DNA of 63,353 bases, the filler included, from Octopus bimaculoides (lineage: Eukaryota): assembly GCF_001194135.2 (NCBI RefSeq). It is 6 parts of 6 records of this genome, joined end to end, with 100 filler letters (N's around TTAATTAATTAA, not from the genome) between each part and the next. Parts side by side here need not be neighbours in the genome. Positions count along the whole stretch, not along the records: positions 11,663 to 29,286 come from NC_068995.1; 5 more parts are not named here. One strand, 5' to 3'. Both the position numbers and the translations under genes were made by a program. The notes under the pieces are model-generated. The model saw nothing but the letters and a program-made list of their open reading frames with translations, did no database searches and was not told where the DNA came from. This document shows positions 13,831 to 25,903 of the stretch, piece after piece (positions within the stretch are counted from its first letter, which is position 1; each line of letters opens with the position of its first letter).

Positions 13831-14448
13831 GCTGTTATTATTATTATTCTACTTCTCATTCTTATTCTATGTAATACCNNNNNNNNNNNNNNNNNNNNNN
13901 NNNNNNNNNNNNNNNNNNNNNNNNNNNNNNNNNNNNNNNNNNNNNNNNNNNNNNNNNNNNNNNNNNNNNNNNNNNNNNNNNNNNNNNNNNNNNNNNNNNN
14001 NNNNNNNNNNNNNNNNNNNNNNNNNNNNNNNNNNNNNNNNNNNNNNNNNNNNNNNNNNNNNNNNNNNNNNNNNNNNNNNNNNNNNNNNNNNNNNNNNNNN
14101 NNNNNNNNNNNNNNNNNNNNNNNNNNNATATATATATATATATATATATAAACGATGTTGTAGTTTGCATTATTGATTTTGTAATTGACACAAATGTTCA
14201 CTGCCGATGTTGTTGTCATTGTTGTGGTCTTCATATGTTTTTGCTTGTTTGATATTTCAGTCTTCTAGATGTTGCTTTAAATGTTGTTGCTGTTATCAAT
14301 ATTCTCACTGCTATAATGAAATTAGTATGTTTAGGACTGTGCTATCATACTATATTGATTCAAAAGGTTGTTCAGAGCTTTGGTTACATATATAGTATAT
14401 ACTTGCATTATGATCATTAGATATAAGATTACAATAAATTATGTTATT

Positions 14449-14640
14449 ATGGTTCCTCATGAAGATAACATGGACGCTGCTTGGGCTGAAAACATTGACC
14501 GTTATGTAAACCTCCTCGAGGAATATGAAGACGTAGGCTGGAAAGCTGAGCATTTTCCAACTGAAGTCAGATGTAGAGGGTTTGTTGGACACAGTGTGAG
14601 GCAGCTGTTGTTATCATTAGACCCAACTCATCACCGTTAG
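14449..14640 (+). pseudogene. Remnant of the restriction-like endonuclease C-terminus of a non-LTR retrotransposon (HERO/NeSL-like)
   Basis: MVPHEDNMDAAWAENIDRYVNLLEEYEDVGWKAEHFPTEVRCRGFVG matches the recalled ELTVPWE..Y..L....GW....PxEVGCRGF motif. Confidence 0.7.
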
Positions 14641-15358
14641 AGGAAGTACTAAGCTTGCAAAGAATAAGTCCTGGGGTTGATTTGTTTGACTAAAAGGCAG
14701 TGCTCCAGCATGACCACAGTCAAATGACTGAAACAAGTAAAAGAATAAAAGAATATTATATTCGATAATAAATAAATTACATGTCTGCATTAATGCAAAA
14801 TGCAAAAAAATCTTTCAGAATAATGCAGAAACTAAGCTACGTCCTCAGGTGTATCATAATTAATATATTATACAATATGTATAGCTTAACTTACACTACA
14901 TGAGGTGTAGAAAATTCCCTGGTTTTGGGTGAAAGGAAATACAGAAGGATCAGTTAATTATGATTTTATTCAACATATTACCCCCTCAGATTCACACACT
15001 AATTACAGTGGTCCTTCAGTTTTTGTAAGCCCTGGTCCTATTGCAGTGGTCCTTCAGTTTTTGTAAGCCCTGTAAAAGAACTTGGAAGTTTGGGCTTCCA
15101 ACCGGGCCTTTCACAATATCCTTATAGCCAGGGAATTTTCAGCACCCCCTTGTATGTCTGTAACGTTATAGTATATGTTTGTCAAAGCTTATGTTCTGTA
15201 ATATGTATTATATATTATATAATTATATAAATAAAATGTATAACAAGCATATTGTAATTTATGCTATATTGTATGTATGTCATAGATAAATGCGATCCTT
15301 TTATTATGAAGAAAATTATTCTTTTTCCTATTTTTCTTCTTATTTACTATCTCCAAAG

Positions 15359-15464
15359 AAACCAGTCCGAAGTTGTAGTTTACCAATTCTACACTCTGGA
15401 AGTGGAAGATTTCGTCATGGATTTCTGCAACTCATGATTCATACTATTGATCCACTGGGAGAAG
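15359..15464 (+). CDS. SLC24A: NCKX exon (cytoplasmic loop): KPVRSCSLPILHSGSGRFRHGFLQLMIHTIDPLGE
   Basis: AG at 15357-58, GTGAGT at 15465; phase 1 joins the next exon as G|CC=Ala; FRHGxLQLMIHTIDPL as in Drosophila Nckx30C. Confidence 0.88.
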
Positions 15465-15489
15465 GTGAGTAACATTTTGGTTTTTACTC

Positions 15490-15720
15490 ATCATCATCAT
15501 CATCATCATTGTTTAACGTCCGTTTTCCATGCTGGTATGGGTTGGATGGCAAGCCATTAGGTGGCACCAGGCTCCAATCTGATCTGGCAGGATGCCCTTC
15601 CTAACACCAACCACTCCAAGAGTATAGTGGATCCTTTTTATGTGCCACTGGCACGGGAGCCAGTCAGGCAGCACTGATAAGTTTTGAACCGTAAAAGCCT
15701 GTAGACAGGTCATTGTAAAG
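15490..15720 (-). mobile_element. RTE-type LINE 3' end with (TGA)n tail (similar pieces near 22460, 33010, 57250, 62300)
   Basis: CATCATCAT..TTTAACGTCCGTTTTCCATGC and GATGCCCTTCCTAAC motifs recur; contiguous with an RTE ORF2 remnant at 33164. Confidence 0.65.
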
Positions 15721-15794
15721 GAGAGGATTTGAATACCTTTTCCAACAAGTAGAACAGCAATATAGAAACTCCTTTTTCGAGGAGTTTCTATATT

Positions 15795-16022
15795 GGCGGC
15801 GAGCTGGCAGAAACAGTACGCCGGGCGAAATGCATAGCTGTATTTTGTCTGCCACTACGTTCTGAGTTCAAATTCCTCTGAGGTCGACGTTGCTTTACAT
15901 CCTTTCGGGGTGGATTAAATAAGTACCAGTTATGCACTGGGGTCGGTATAATCAACTTAATCCGTTTGTCTGTCCTTGTTTGTCCCCTCTCTGTGCAGCC
16001 CCTTGTGGACAGTAAAGAAATA
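15795..16022 (+). mobile_element. SINE family A, near full-length (further copies ~50340-50960, 53395-53620, 55400-55720)
   Basis: A/B-box-like head plus conserved body. Confidence 0.85.
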
Positions 16023-16814
16023 AGAAACTCCTTTTTTGACTCACAAAAGAGTTAGTTGTAGTTATTGTCAGGTTCAATATTTAGTTTCACTCCTCTAGTG
16101 TCAGAGTTCAAATTCCACCAAATTCAACTTCAATTTTCATTTCTTTGCACTTGGGCAAATGAAACATTTAGCTGACATATACTGGAATTTAATGCAAATT
16201 GCACATATTTGCTATGAATTTACAGCCTTGTGTTACTGTATTATATTTAGATCTTGAAGTGGAAATGCTTCAAGAGAATGTATTACAAATTTAGAATTAT
16301 CAAAAGCTCTTTAAACAAAAGAAGCCAAATTTTAAACAGGACTTTTTTTTGTTTTATTGCAAGCTTCTGTAGACAACATTGGAAATGACTGTTTTCTCCA
16401 AATGAGAAATCTAACCCATTTACTTCATTCAGAAATATTACTTTTAAGGTTTTGTTCTTTTTGGTTATTTTAATTAAATTTAATAATTTTGTTTTATTTC
16501 ACATCATTTTCTTTTACTCGTGTTTATTTTAAAAAAAATCAAATTTAAGGTTTGAAAAATATTTTCTCACTTCTTTTCTTCTATCTTTTTAAATATTTCT
16601 TTCTCTTTTCTTGTAAAATGTTTCTATGCAACAAGACTGAAAGTAATATATATGTGTATACACACACACACATATACAATTGTAGCAAGATATATATCAT
16701 TCTGTTGACTATGTATATATAGACATACACACACACACACACATATATATATGTTTATATATATACACATGCACACATATATAAATATATACACACACAT
16801 ATATATATGCAGAA

Positions 16815-16845
<31 letters not shown>

Positions 16846-18890
16846 NNNNNNNNNNNNNNNNNNNNNNNNNNNNNNNNNNNNNNNNNNNNNNNNNNNNNNN
16901 NNNNNNNNNNNNNNNNNNNNNNNNNNNNNNNNNNNNNNNNNNNNNNNNNNNNNNNNNNNNNNNNNNNNNNNNNNNNNNNNNNNNNNNNNNNNNNNNNNNN
17001 NNNNNNNNNNNNNNNNNNNNNNNNNNNNNNNNNNNNNNNNNNNNNNNNNNNNNNNNNNNNNNNNNNNNNNNNNNNNNNNNNNNNNNNNNNNNNNNNNNNN
17101 NNNNNNNNNNNNNNNNNNNNNNNNNNNNNNNNNNNNNNNNNNNNNNNNNNNNNNNNNNNNNNNNNNNNNNNNNNNNNNNNNNNNNNNNNNNNNNNNNNNN
17201 NNNNNNNNNNNNNNNNNNNNNNNNNNNNNNNNNNNNNNNNNNNNNNNNNNNNNNNNNNNNNNNNNNNNNNNNNNNNNNNNNNNNNNNNNNNNNNNNNNNN
17301 NNNNNNNNNNNNNNNNNNNNNNNNNNNNNNNNNNNNNNNNNNNNNNNNNNNNNNNNNNNNNNNNNNNNNNNNNNNNNNNNNNNNNNNNNNNNNNNNAAAT
17401 AAATGAAATCGCAAAGATATGAATAGATATTATTATATAGAAAAGTATCCAAAAAAGAAAAAATAGAATAAAAGAGTGAAGAATTTGTTTTGCAAATACC
17501 AAATTAATTAGCATACTTCTATTTTTATTTTATTCTTTATTATTTAAAAATTTTAAATTATGAACTATTCTAGTTTCTTCATTTAATTATTTCTTCATTT
17601 ATTTATTTATTTATTTTGTTTTGCTTAATCTGATGAGTTATGTTACATCAGAAATATAACAAAAAATTTACCTGACTGTTTTTTTGCAAAGTTTCATTTA
17701 TATATTTCTTTTTCTTTCTGAAAGTTGTAAAGCTTCTTTCATAAAACATAAAGTAGTTTCCTCTTTAAAGAATTCCTAGAGTCTCATTATAGTTAAACAC
17801 TTCATTACAGATTTATTCATTCAATTACAATAATTCATTTTTTTCTTTTTTTTTTCTCTAGAGTGTTATTTTTCTCACTTCTCTCTTTAGGTTTTTCCTT
17901 TTTCATAATCACCTAGTTTTCATAAAACTTGTTGAAGCAGGTTCACCACAGTGTGGTATCTTCTTTCATGAATCCAGTCCTCAGGACTATTTGCACTCAG
18001 AACTGTTTTCAAACAGAAAGGCATTCATTAACCTAACATTTTCTCCTGTTCTTTATTTATTCGTTTCTGAATAAACTGTTGTAGAATTTGTGTTGAGGAA
18101 TAGAACTAAAAATGGGAGAATATTGTCAGCATTATAATGGATTTTACAGAACAAAAAGCATATTGGACGAATGCCTTTAAGCCTCTTTGCATTCTGTGTT
18201 CAAATGACACTTGGGTTAACTTTTACAGTCATCCTTCTGGTATCAATAAAATGCAATACTAATATCACAGTGGATTCATTTAAATCAACCATAAGCATGT
18301 ATGCACACACACACACACACACACACAAACATACAGAGGATGTAGCAAAAACCTTCCCAGACTTACCAGCTGCAAACGCATGGTATGATCAGATTCACAT
18401 TATAATGATAACTAAAACATAAATGGCGAAACAATACCTGTATGAAAATACTATGATCGTTTGCTTAACTTCATTAATGTTATTTTAATTGCCATGCAAA
18501 ATAGGGAACGTTTTTATGCCGCATGTTCTTTATGCTGCCCTCCCCATACGCACACTTGCAAATACATAAAGAACGTTTCCTTGGCAACACACACATACTT
18601 ACACACAAGAAGCTGCACTCCGCTCCCCCACACACACACACACATAGAGAGGATGTGGCAAAAACTCTCCCAGATTTACCGGTCTTGATAAAGGTTTCAA
18701 CTGCAGATGCATGATATGATCAGATTCAAATCATCATCGTTTAACGTCCGCTTGCACGAGGTGCTGAGAAGTGGTACTGAACCTAAAACCATGAGACTGA
18801 GAAGTAAACTTCTTACCACACTGTCTCTCACCAACACTAATATTTGATAATATACCTCATAACATATTCTGAGTTGCTTCACTGAATGTA

Positions 18891-19210
18891 CATGGCCTAG
18901 TGGTTAGAGCGTCAGGCTCACAATCATGAGGTAGTGAGGTCGATTCCCAGACCAGGCTGTGTGTTGTGTTCTTGAGCAAGACACTTTATTTCATGTTGCT
19001 CCAGTTCGCTCAGCTTTAGAAATGAGTTGCAACGTCATTGGTGCCAAGCTGTATTGGCCTTTGCCTTTCCCTTGGGTAACGTCGTTGGCATAGAGAGGAG
19101 AGGCATAATATGCATGGGTGACTGCTGGTCTTCCATAAACAATTTTGCCCAGACTTGTACCTCAGAGGGATACTATCTAGATACAATACCTTATAAATAT
19201 ATTCTTAGTT
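18891..19210 (+). mobile_element. tRNA-headed SINE with CORE/Nin-like GTTGTGTTCTTGAGCAAGACACT block
   Basis: TGGCCTAGTGGTTAGAGC and GGTCGATTCC boxes; inverted copy at 20045-20141. Confidence 0.75.
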
Positions 19211-19275
19211 GCTTCACTGAACCAATCTATGCCATCCAAATTCCTGTAACCTTTCCTTATTTTCTCTCTTTTCAG

Positions 19276-19634
19276 CCAAAGTTCAAGACAAAGCAGTGAA
19301 AATGCATGCAGTTGCTACTCTGAACGTTGTACTAGATGGCGAATCGACTGCGGAAGGAAACACCGAGAAAGACGCTATACAAAAAGATGGTAAAGACCCG
19401 TCCATTCATGCTATCTCTAATGGGAAAATAGCCAGCGAAGATCAGGCTTCGGCAAAGGAGCAACCATCTCTGGGTACTGAGGTGGGTAGTCAGGAGACGC
19501 AGCTGACGAACATGGGTTCGGCAGAAATAGGGTCGAATACTGACTTACCACTTCAGACCACCTCTCCTTGTACTCCACCTGAAGTTGAAGAAATAAAATT
19601 ACCATCTCCACAATCTACTGTGCCACAAAAACAA
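19276..19634 (+). CDS. SLC24A: NCKX exon (large acidic S/T/P-rich loop): KVQDKAVKMHAVATLNVVLD...PQKQ
   Basis: TTTTCAG acceptor, GTAAGG donor at 19635; phases fit both neighbours; KVxxKAxxxHAxAxLxVxL as in Nckx30C. Confidence 0.88.
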
Positions 19635-20454
19635 GTAAGGGGTTGCTTTTTGGATTCATTTTAATTAAGATCTAATTAATGTATTTTTAAATTAACTCTA
19701 TTTGATTTTTATATTTATTGTATTTTCTGGCAAACAAGTTGACATAGTTTATGGTGTAATTATGTAATGTAAGCATCCAAGCCTCTTCCCTATCTTTCCA
19801 AATCTTGCTGCATTTCACATTGAGTTTTTGGTCCTTCATAATTGTTTTCATGTATAAGTCAACCAATCTTTTTTGGCTGTAAATTTTTGTTTGTATAATT
19901 CAACTTGTATGCCAGAAACAGTAGTGTTTATTTACTCCATATTTGTCTTCGATGAACAATCGCAGCATTTTTAGTTGCAGTAGAATAAAGAACTCTCTTT
20001 TTTGAAAATTTGGAAAGTATTGGTGGAAGGAAGGACCCAGTTGTAAAGTGTCTTGCTCAAGAATACAACACACAGCTCTGTCCAGGAATCGAACTCAATA
20101 CCTCATGATTGCGAGCCTGATGTTCTAATCACTGAACCATGCACCTTCTTTCAAATGTGACACCTGTTTATTCACATTGTTTACATTTAATCATTTATCA
20201 GCTAGCAGCTTTGAGAGATGATTGTTATTATAATGACCATTGTAAGGTAGGTGTGTGTGGCAGCCCCTGAGCCAGTTTGTACATAAACCAGATGAAAAAT
20301 TTGGGCCTCATATGGCCTTTTTAAATGCCAAAGGATTAAAGAGGAAAACATTTCCGCCATGGAAATCAAGTTGATTAATTTGAAAAGTTATAATTTCCTA
20401 AATGATAAATTATCTCAGGCATTTAAATAATGTTTCTTTGAATGTTTTTTGCAG

Positions 20455-20634
20455 AAAGAACTTCCCTTGCATGAAACTGGTACAGAAATGGCAGCACTAC
20501 CTGTTGGATTAGCGGAGGAGGAGGAGCCATTAGATATTAGCTGGCCAAAAGAAAACAAGAAACGGATATCATATATATTCATGGCACCAATAATGTTTAC
20601 ATTATGGTGTACATTGCCGGATGTGCGAAGAGCT
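20455..20634 (+). CDS. SLC24A: NCKX exon: KELPL...EEEEPLDISWPKENKKRISYIFMAPIMFTLWCTLPDVRRA
   Basis: TTTTGCAG acceptor, GTAAGT donor, phase 0-0; PLDxSWP and TLPDVR SLC24 motifs. Confidence 0.95.
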
Positions 20635-20654
20635 GTAAGTAAAAAGATGTACTA

Positions 20655-20698
<44 letters not shown>

Positions 20699-20789
20699 TT
20701 TCAATTTTATTTCCATTTCTTGCCAAGTGTCTTCCCAACACCTAGGATGAAGAAACTCACTGTATACATTAGTAGGCCATTACTATTAC

Positions 20790-20860
<71 letters not shown>

Positions 20861-21229
20861 CTGAGTAACACTGTGTAGGTAAAAATGCACCAGAGTCTTT
20901 AGTCATCTGTCAAGTTACAACATGGACCTCAGACAGATAATATTTTCCTTAATATGTGTACTGTGCCCAATAAGGCTGCTTTTTGCAAGACATCAATCTG
21001 GCATGGGATTTCTACTTGCCTTAAGAAGTCTTGAAGTTTCAAAACACTCTGATCACCACTGGTATCACTTTTACATTATCCTCTTTCATTCCAACACTCT
21101 TACCATTTCCACTTTCAATTCCACTTTCAACCTCTTTACTCACAATATTAATGTCATTTGGTATGGCTACATCAATGATCTGACAGTATTTGTCTCTATT
21201 ATTATTATAATTATTATTATAATTATTAT

Positions 21230-21580
21230 TTTCAGTGCATGCTATCAAAGTGGGTAAAATATGCAAAGCCCAGTATACCTGTCATAACTACCTGTCTGAT
21301 AAGGGTACACCAGGCATGTGCATCACAACCATATGAGCATGACATGGTAATTTCATATCAAGATAAACAGCGCATGACCTTGCAGGTGGGGCCCAGTTAG
21401 AATTTTCTTCAGGTTGAGTAGCCCATCCCACTCAAAGGTCTCTGAATAAGGGTTGTTTAAGGATGTTGAATGAAACACCCATGTTTTCAAAGGTGAATTA
21501 TCCAAACCCCAAAGAATTCTTCTCAACACAGGGCTATGATGCTTCCCCCACTACTTCTGCTCATGATCAGAGATACACCG
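21230..21580. mobile_element. Interspersed repeat next to a (TTA)n tract; longer copy at ~42720-43290
   Basis: CTGATAAGGGTACACCAGGC..CATGACCTTGC(A/G)GGTGGGG..GGCTATGATGCT shared by both loci. Confidence 0.75.
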
Positions 21581-22299
21581 CCTTAAGCTCATGAAATTAT
21601 TACAAAAATAATAAGGAAAACCCACCAGTTTAAGATTTAACCTGTTAATATATGCATTGTTTTTTCAGTTTCCTTGCAAAAAATATCATGTTTTTTATTA
21701 TTTATTTTGAATCTGTACATAAGGAAGAATAACTACGTAGATTATTTTCGATCAGTTATGTTTTATAATAAAGTTGCTGATAGAAATGATAGTTAATGAT
21801 AGAAAACAAGAATAACATTATGAATGAAGTATTTCAAGTTAGACATAAGTGATAGACACCTCAGAGTACAGTGAACAAATAGTTTTGTTCAAATATATAT
21901 TTACTAGACATCTCTGAACAAAAATATATAGGATGATATGTTAAGAGGTTAACACTCAAACTGATTTAATTTAAGATGCTCTAATTGCATAGTAAAGATA
22001 ATGTTTTATAATTCATTACTTAATTAACACCTTATAATCTTTTAATTAATTCTGTTAAGCAAAATTGCATAAATGCATATCAATTTGTAATATTACAGAT
22101 GTGTAACTTTTTCTCAGCATAGATGCAGCCAGTAGGTTTTTATGTACCCCCAATTTACCACAGGTATTGTAAAACTAATACCTGTTTTACAGAGTTGTAT
22201 TAAGTTCTATTTCTCTCATTATTAAGTTCTACTTTTCTCATGTTTGACTCACTAAAAACATCTTCTGATATGATACATTTTATTTTGTCAAAATTTCAG

Positions 22300-22419
22300 A
22301 CAAAGAAAAAATATTTCCCCGTCACATTTATTGGCAGCATCATCTGGATTGCTGCATTTTCTTATTTAATGGTGTGGTGGGCCGATAGTTCTGGCAGTGC
22401 CACACACATTGAAGACACG
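22300..22419 (+). CDS. SLC24A: NCKX exon: TKKKYFPVTFIGSIIWIAAFSYLMVWWADSSGSATHIEDT
   Basis: TTTCAG acceptor, GTAAGT donor, phase 0-0; TFxGSIxWIAxFSYLMVWWA signature. Confidence 0.96.
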
Positions 22420-22713
22420 GTAAGTTTATCATTTATACACTATACTTCATTTAAACTTCTCTTCAGCTGGATGCCCTTCCTAACGCCAACCACTCCGAGT
22501 GTGTAGTGGGCACTTTTTACGTGCCACCAGCACAGGTGACGATTATGAAACACTGTCATTGGCCATAACTACACTTAGCTTGACAGATCTTCTTACATAC
22601 ATACATACATACATGCATGCATGCATGCATACATACATACATACATACGCTCATACATATATATGTATATGCATGCATGCATGCACACACACATACATAC
22701 AGATATAAATACG

Positions 22714-22745
<32 letters not shown>

Positions 22746-22872
22746 CACACACATACATACAATCATGTAGAATCTGAATGAAGCCTGTTTTCCACATAAA
22801 CTTGTGTGGCATACGTATAACAAAACACATTTATACAGATTTATTTAATGTTCCCCTTTTTGTTTTTTTCAG

Positions 22873-23009
22873 GTTATGGGTTTAACAATTCTAGCAGCTG
22901 GAACCAGTATTCCAGATCTCATCACAAGTGTAATTGTAGCCAAAAAGGGATTCGGAGACATGGCAGTTTCCAGTTCAGTTGGAAGCAATATTTTTGACAT
23001 TACTGTAGG
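22873..23009 (+). CDS. SLC24A: NCKX exon, alpha-2 repeat: [46 protein letters not shown]
   Basis: Canonical SLC24 alpha-2 repeat; AG/GT sites; phase 2 end matches the next exon. Confidence 0.98.
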
Positions 23010-23330
23010 GTAAGTGTTACAGAAATTCTCCTTTCTCATGTTTCAGTTTTATTTATCTTATATCTGTTATCTTTTAGGAGTTCGAGGCACTGGACTGTGT
23101 CCATGTTAGGGCAGGCACTGACTTGAAGAATTTAGTCAGCCTCATCGATCTTAGTGCTTATGATTTTAAACCTGGTGCTTATCCTATGTGGAGGCACGAG
23201 GCTTAGTGGTAAGATTGTGGTTTTGGTTCTTGGACAAAGCAACGTGTTGTGCTATTGAGCAAAAACGCTACAGAACCAGAGGCAGTTACAGCCAGGTTGG
23301 TATCGAAAGGGTAAAAATATCATGGTGACT

Positions 23331-23537
23331 TTAACCCTTTTGTTACCATAATTCTGTTGAGATGCTCTGAGTTCCTTTCAATTAATTTTAAAAATAACAA
23401 AGAATTTAGTAAAATAACTTAGTTACCATTAAGCTAGTGTTAGGAACATTAATTGTGACTAAGGTTTGGTGGATGATTATTATTCAATACTATAGAACCA
23501 GAGGCAGTTTCAGCCAGGTTGGTATCGAAAGGGTTAA
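23331..23537. mobile_element. piggyBac-like MITE
   Basis: TTAA at both ends (23331-34, 23534-37); TIRs CCCTTTTGTTACC / GGTATCGAAAGGG pair at 11 of 13 positions; an extra right end at 23272-23315. Confidence 0.8.
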
Positions 23538-23644
23538 AATCTTTCCCATAAGTTTGACAATGAAGCAGTTTTGACCAACGTTTTCATATTAAAATATTTG
23601 TTAAAAAAAAAAACTCACCATAATTCTCTCTTTTTATTTTGCAG

Positions 23645-23891
23645 TTTACCGTTTCCATGGCTCATGAAAAGTATCATCAGTCTTGAGCCAATCACTGTCA
23701 GCAGCGCAGGCATGTTCTGTTCAATAGTTATGCTTTTTACCATGCTGATGCTGGTCATTATTTCGATTGTTGCAAGCAGATGGCGTTTGAATAAGTTTCT
23801 TGGAGTCGCAATGATTATGATGTATGCACTTTTTGTAACACTCAGTGTGCTGCTTGCCAAAGATTACATTAAATGTAAATTTTTGGTATAA
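23645..23891 (+). CDS. SLC24A: NCKX terminal coding exon: LPFPWLMKS...SSAGMFCSIVMLF...WRLNKFLG...KFLV*
   Basis: TTTTGCAG acceptor, GG|T=Gly junction, TAA at 23889-91; GLPxPWL and WRxNKxLG motifs. Confidence 0.96.
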
Positions 23892-24018
23892 AAAAAAAAT
23901 TGTTTATACATGTTGTGGTTATGTGCATTCATACATACATATGTGTCACACAGATATTGCAAGTGAAAGCATGTGTGCATCCATATGCGTATATACATAT
24001 TTGTGGATGTATGTGTAC

Positions 24019-24056
<38 letters not shown>

Positions 24057-24780
24057 GCACATACATATGCATACATATANNNNNNNNNNTTATATACACA
24101 TACACATATATACATATATATATATATATTCACACACACATGCATATATACACGTATATATATATATATTTATATATATATATGTATATATGTGTGCGTA
24201 TAAATATATATATATACACAAGCACATATATTTACACATATATATATAAACACACATGCATAAACATAAATACATAAATGAATTCATACAAACATATGCA
24301 ATATACACACCATATATATGTAAAAACATATACACATATACAATCAGACACACACATATAAAAACTAACATATGTGCTCATAATTACAATATATATACAA
24401 ACAAACACACACAATACACACATATATGTGTGTATGTGTATGTTCTTGTGTATTAATTCTGTGTATATACAATATATAGATTATATATATATTTATGTGT
24501 ATATAGGTAGATAAATCTACATATATATGTATATATATATATATATNNNNNNNNNNNNNNNNNNNNNNNNNNNNNNNNNNNNNNNNNNNNNNNNNNNNNN
24601 NNNNNNNNNNNNNNNNNNNNNNNNNNNNNNNNNNNNNNNNNNNNNNNNNNNNNNNNNNNNNNNNNNNNNNNNNNNNNNNNNNNNNNNNNNNNNNNNNNNN
24701 NNNNNNNNNNNNNNNNNNNNNNNNNNNNNNNNNNNNNNNNNNNNNNNNNNNNNNNNNNNNNNNNNNNNNNNNNNNNNNNN

Positions 24781-24830
<50 letters not shown>

Positions 24831-24879
24831 ATGCACATACACATAATCACACAAACATATACATGTATATATATACGTA

Positions 24880-25057
24880 CGTATAAGAAGGGATGACCAC
24901 TAAGTGGACATCCGATATGCTAGAAAGAGATCATCAACGACCCAACCACAAAGAAAATAATGTTCTCTAGAAAACATTATTTTCTTTGTGGTTGGGTCGT
25001 TGATGATCACTTTCTAGCATATCAGATGTCCACTTAGTGGTCATCCCTTGTTATACG
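24880..25057. repeat. 178-bp near-perfect palindrome (89-bp arms, no spacer)
   Basis: Centre TCTAGA at 24966-71; only 4 mismatched pairs on manual alignment. Confidence 0.97.
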
Positions 25058-25850
25058 CATATAATACAATTTCTCTGAATTTTCAGATTTTTTATATGCT
25101 AGGCCACTTGATTTTAAATTGATGTTAATTAAATTAATATTCAATTTATCACCCTCAGNNNNNNNNNNNNNNNNNNNNNNNNNNNNNNNNNNNNNNNNNN
25201 NNNNNNNNNNNNNNNNNNNNNNNNNNNNNNNNNNNNNNNNNNNNNNNNNNNNNNNNNNTATACATATATATATATCGACATATACACTCACTGAATTTCA
25301 ATTAAAAATGGTTTACAAAGTTGAATGCTAAAAAAAAAAAGAAAACAAAAAAAAATAGAGCAAAAAAAATACAAAAAATTGGCTGTTTATAAACTGTATA
25401 GAATGCATATAGTTTGAATACACACTCTTTAATAAATATTAATGAATATACAATACGTATTTATATTATATTTAACTCTACACTCCAATGCCCCTGCTTG
25501 TCCCAATCTTTCTTATAATAATATTTCTATAGCTAAATTATACAAGCTTGCATCGACTAACTCAATCTTTCTAAGCATGAAAATGTCTGGGGTACTTATT
25601 TTTTTGTTAATTCTGTAAATTACCAATTCCACAAAGAGAACATCTTGGCATCATAAATTCTAGTTGCCTGCCTTTGCTAATTTTACCTTTTTGAAAGGAT
25701 TTTCTCAGCTTTACCATTCTCCTCCATCTTTTATCATTCCAGTCCAGTTCTATATTTCTTACAATGCAATTTATTATTTATATCATTGTTATCACTGTTG
25801 TTGTTGTTGTTGATGATGTTATTATTATCATTATTATTATTAACATTATT

Positions 25851-25903
<53 letters not shown>

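Noticed and set aside
13412-13874. Mucin-like TPAVTP ORF as an extra NCKX exon
   Set aside because: No AG dinucleotide in the + strand tract to serve as acceptor; several frames are open because of triplet periodicity
15006-15072. 29-bp direct repeat with a 9-bp spacer (also 19-bp repeats near 7228 and 15-bp repeats near 11500) as CRISPR-like
   Set aside because: Only 2-4 units without unique ~30-bp spacers, no cas genes, eukaryotic context; local duplications
1-15358. N-terminal NCKX exons (alpha-1 repeat, TM1-5)
   Set aside because: Looked for AAGGSAPELF/GSAVFN/FMKxN-type motifs and did not see them; probably upstream of the window or in gaps
15795-15900. tRNA genes at A/B-box-like sequences
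   Set aside because: No cloverleaf; they are the heads of multi-copy SINEs
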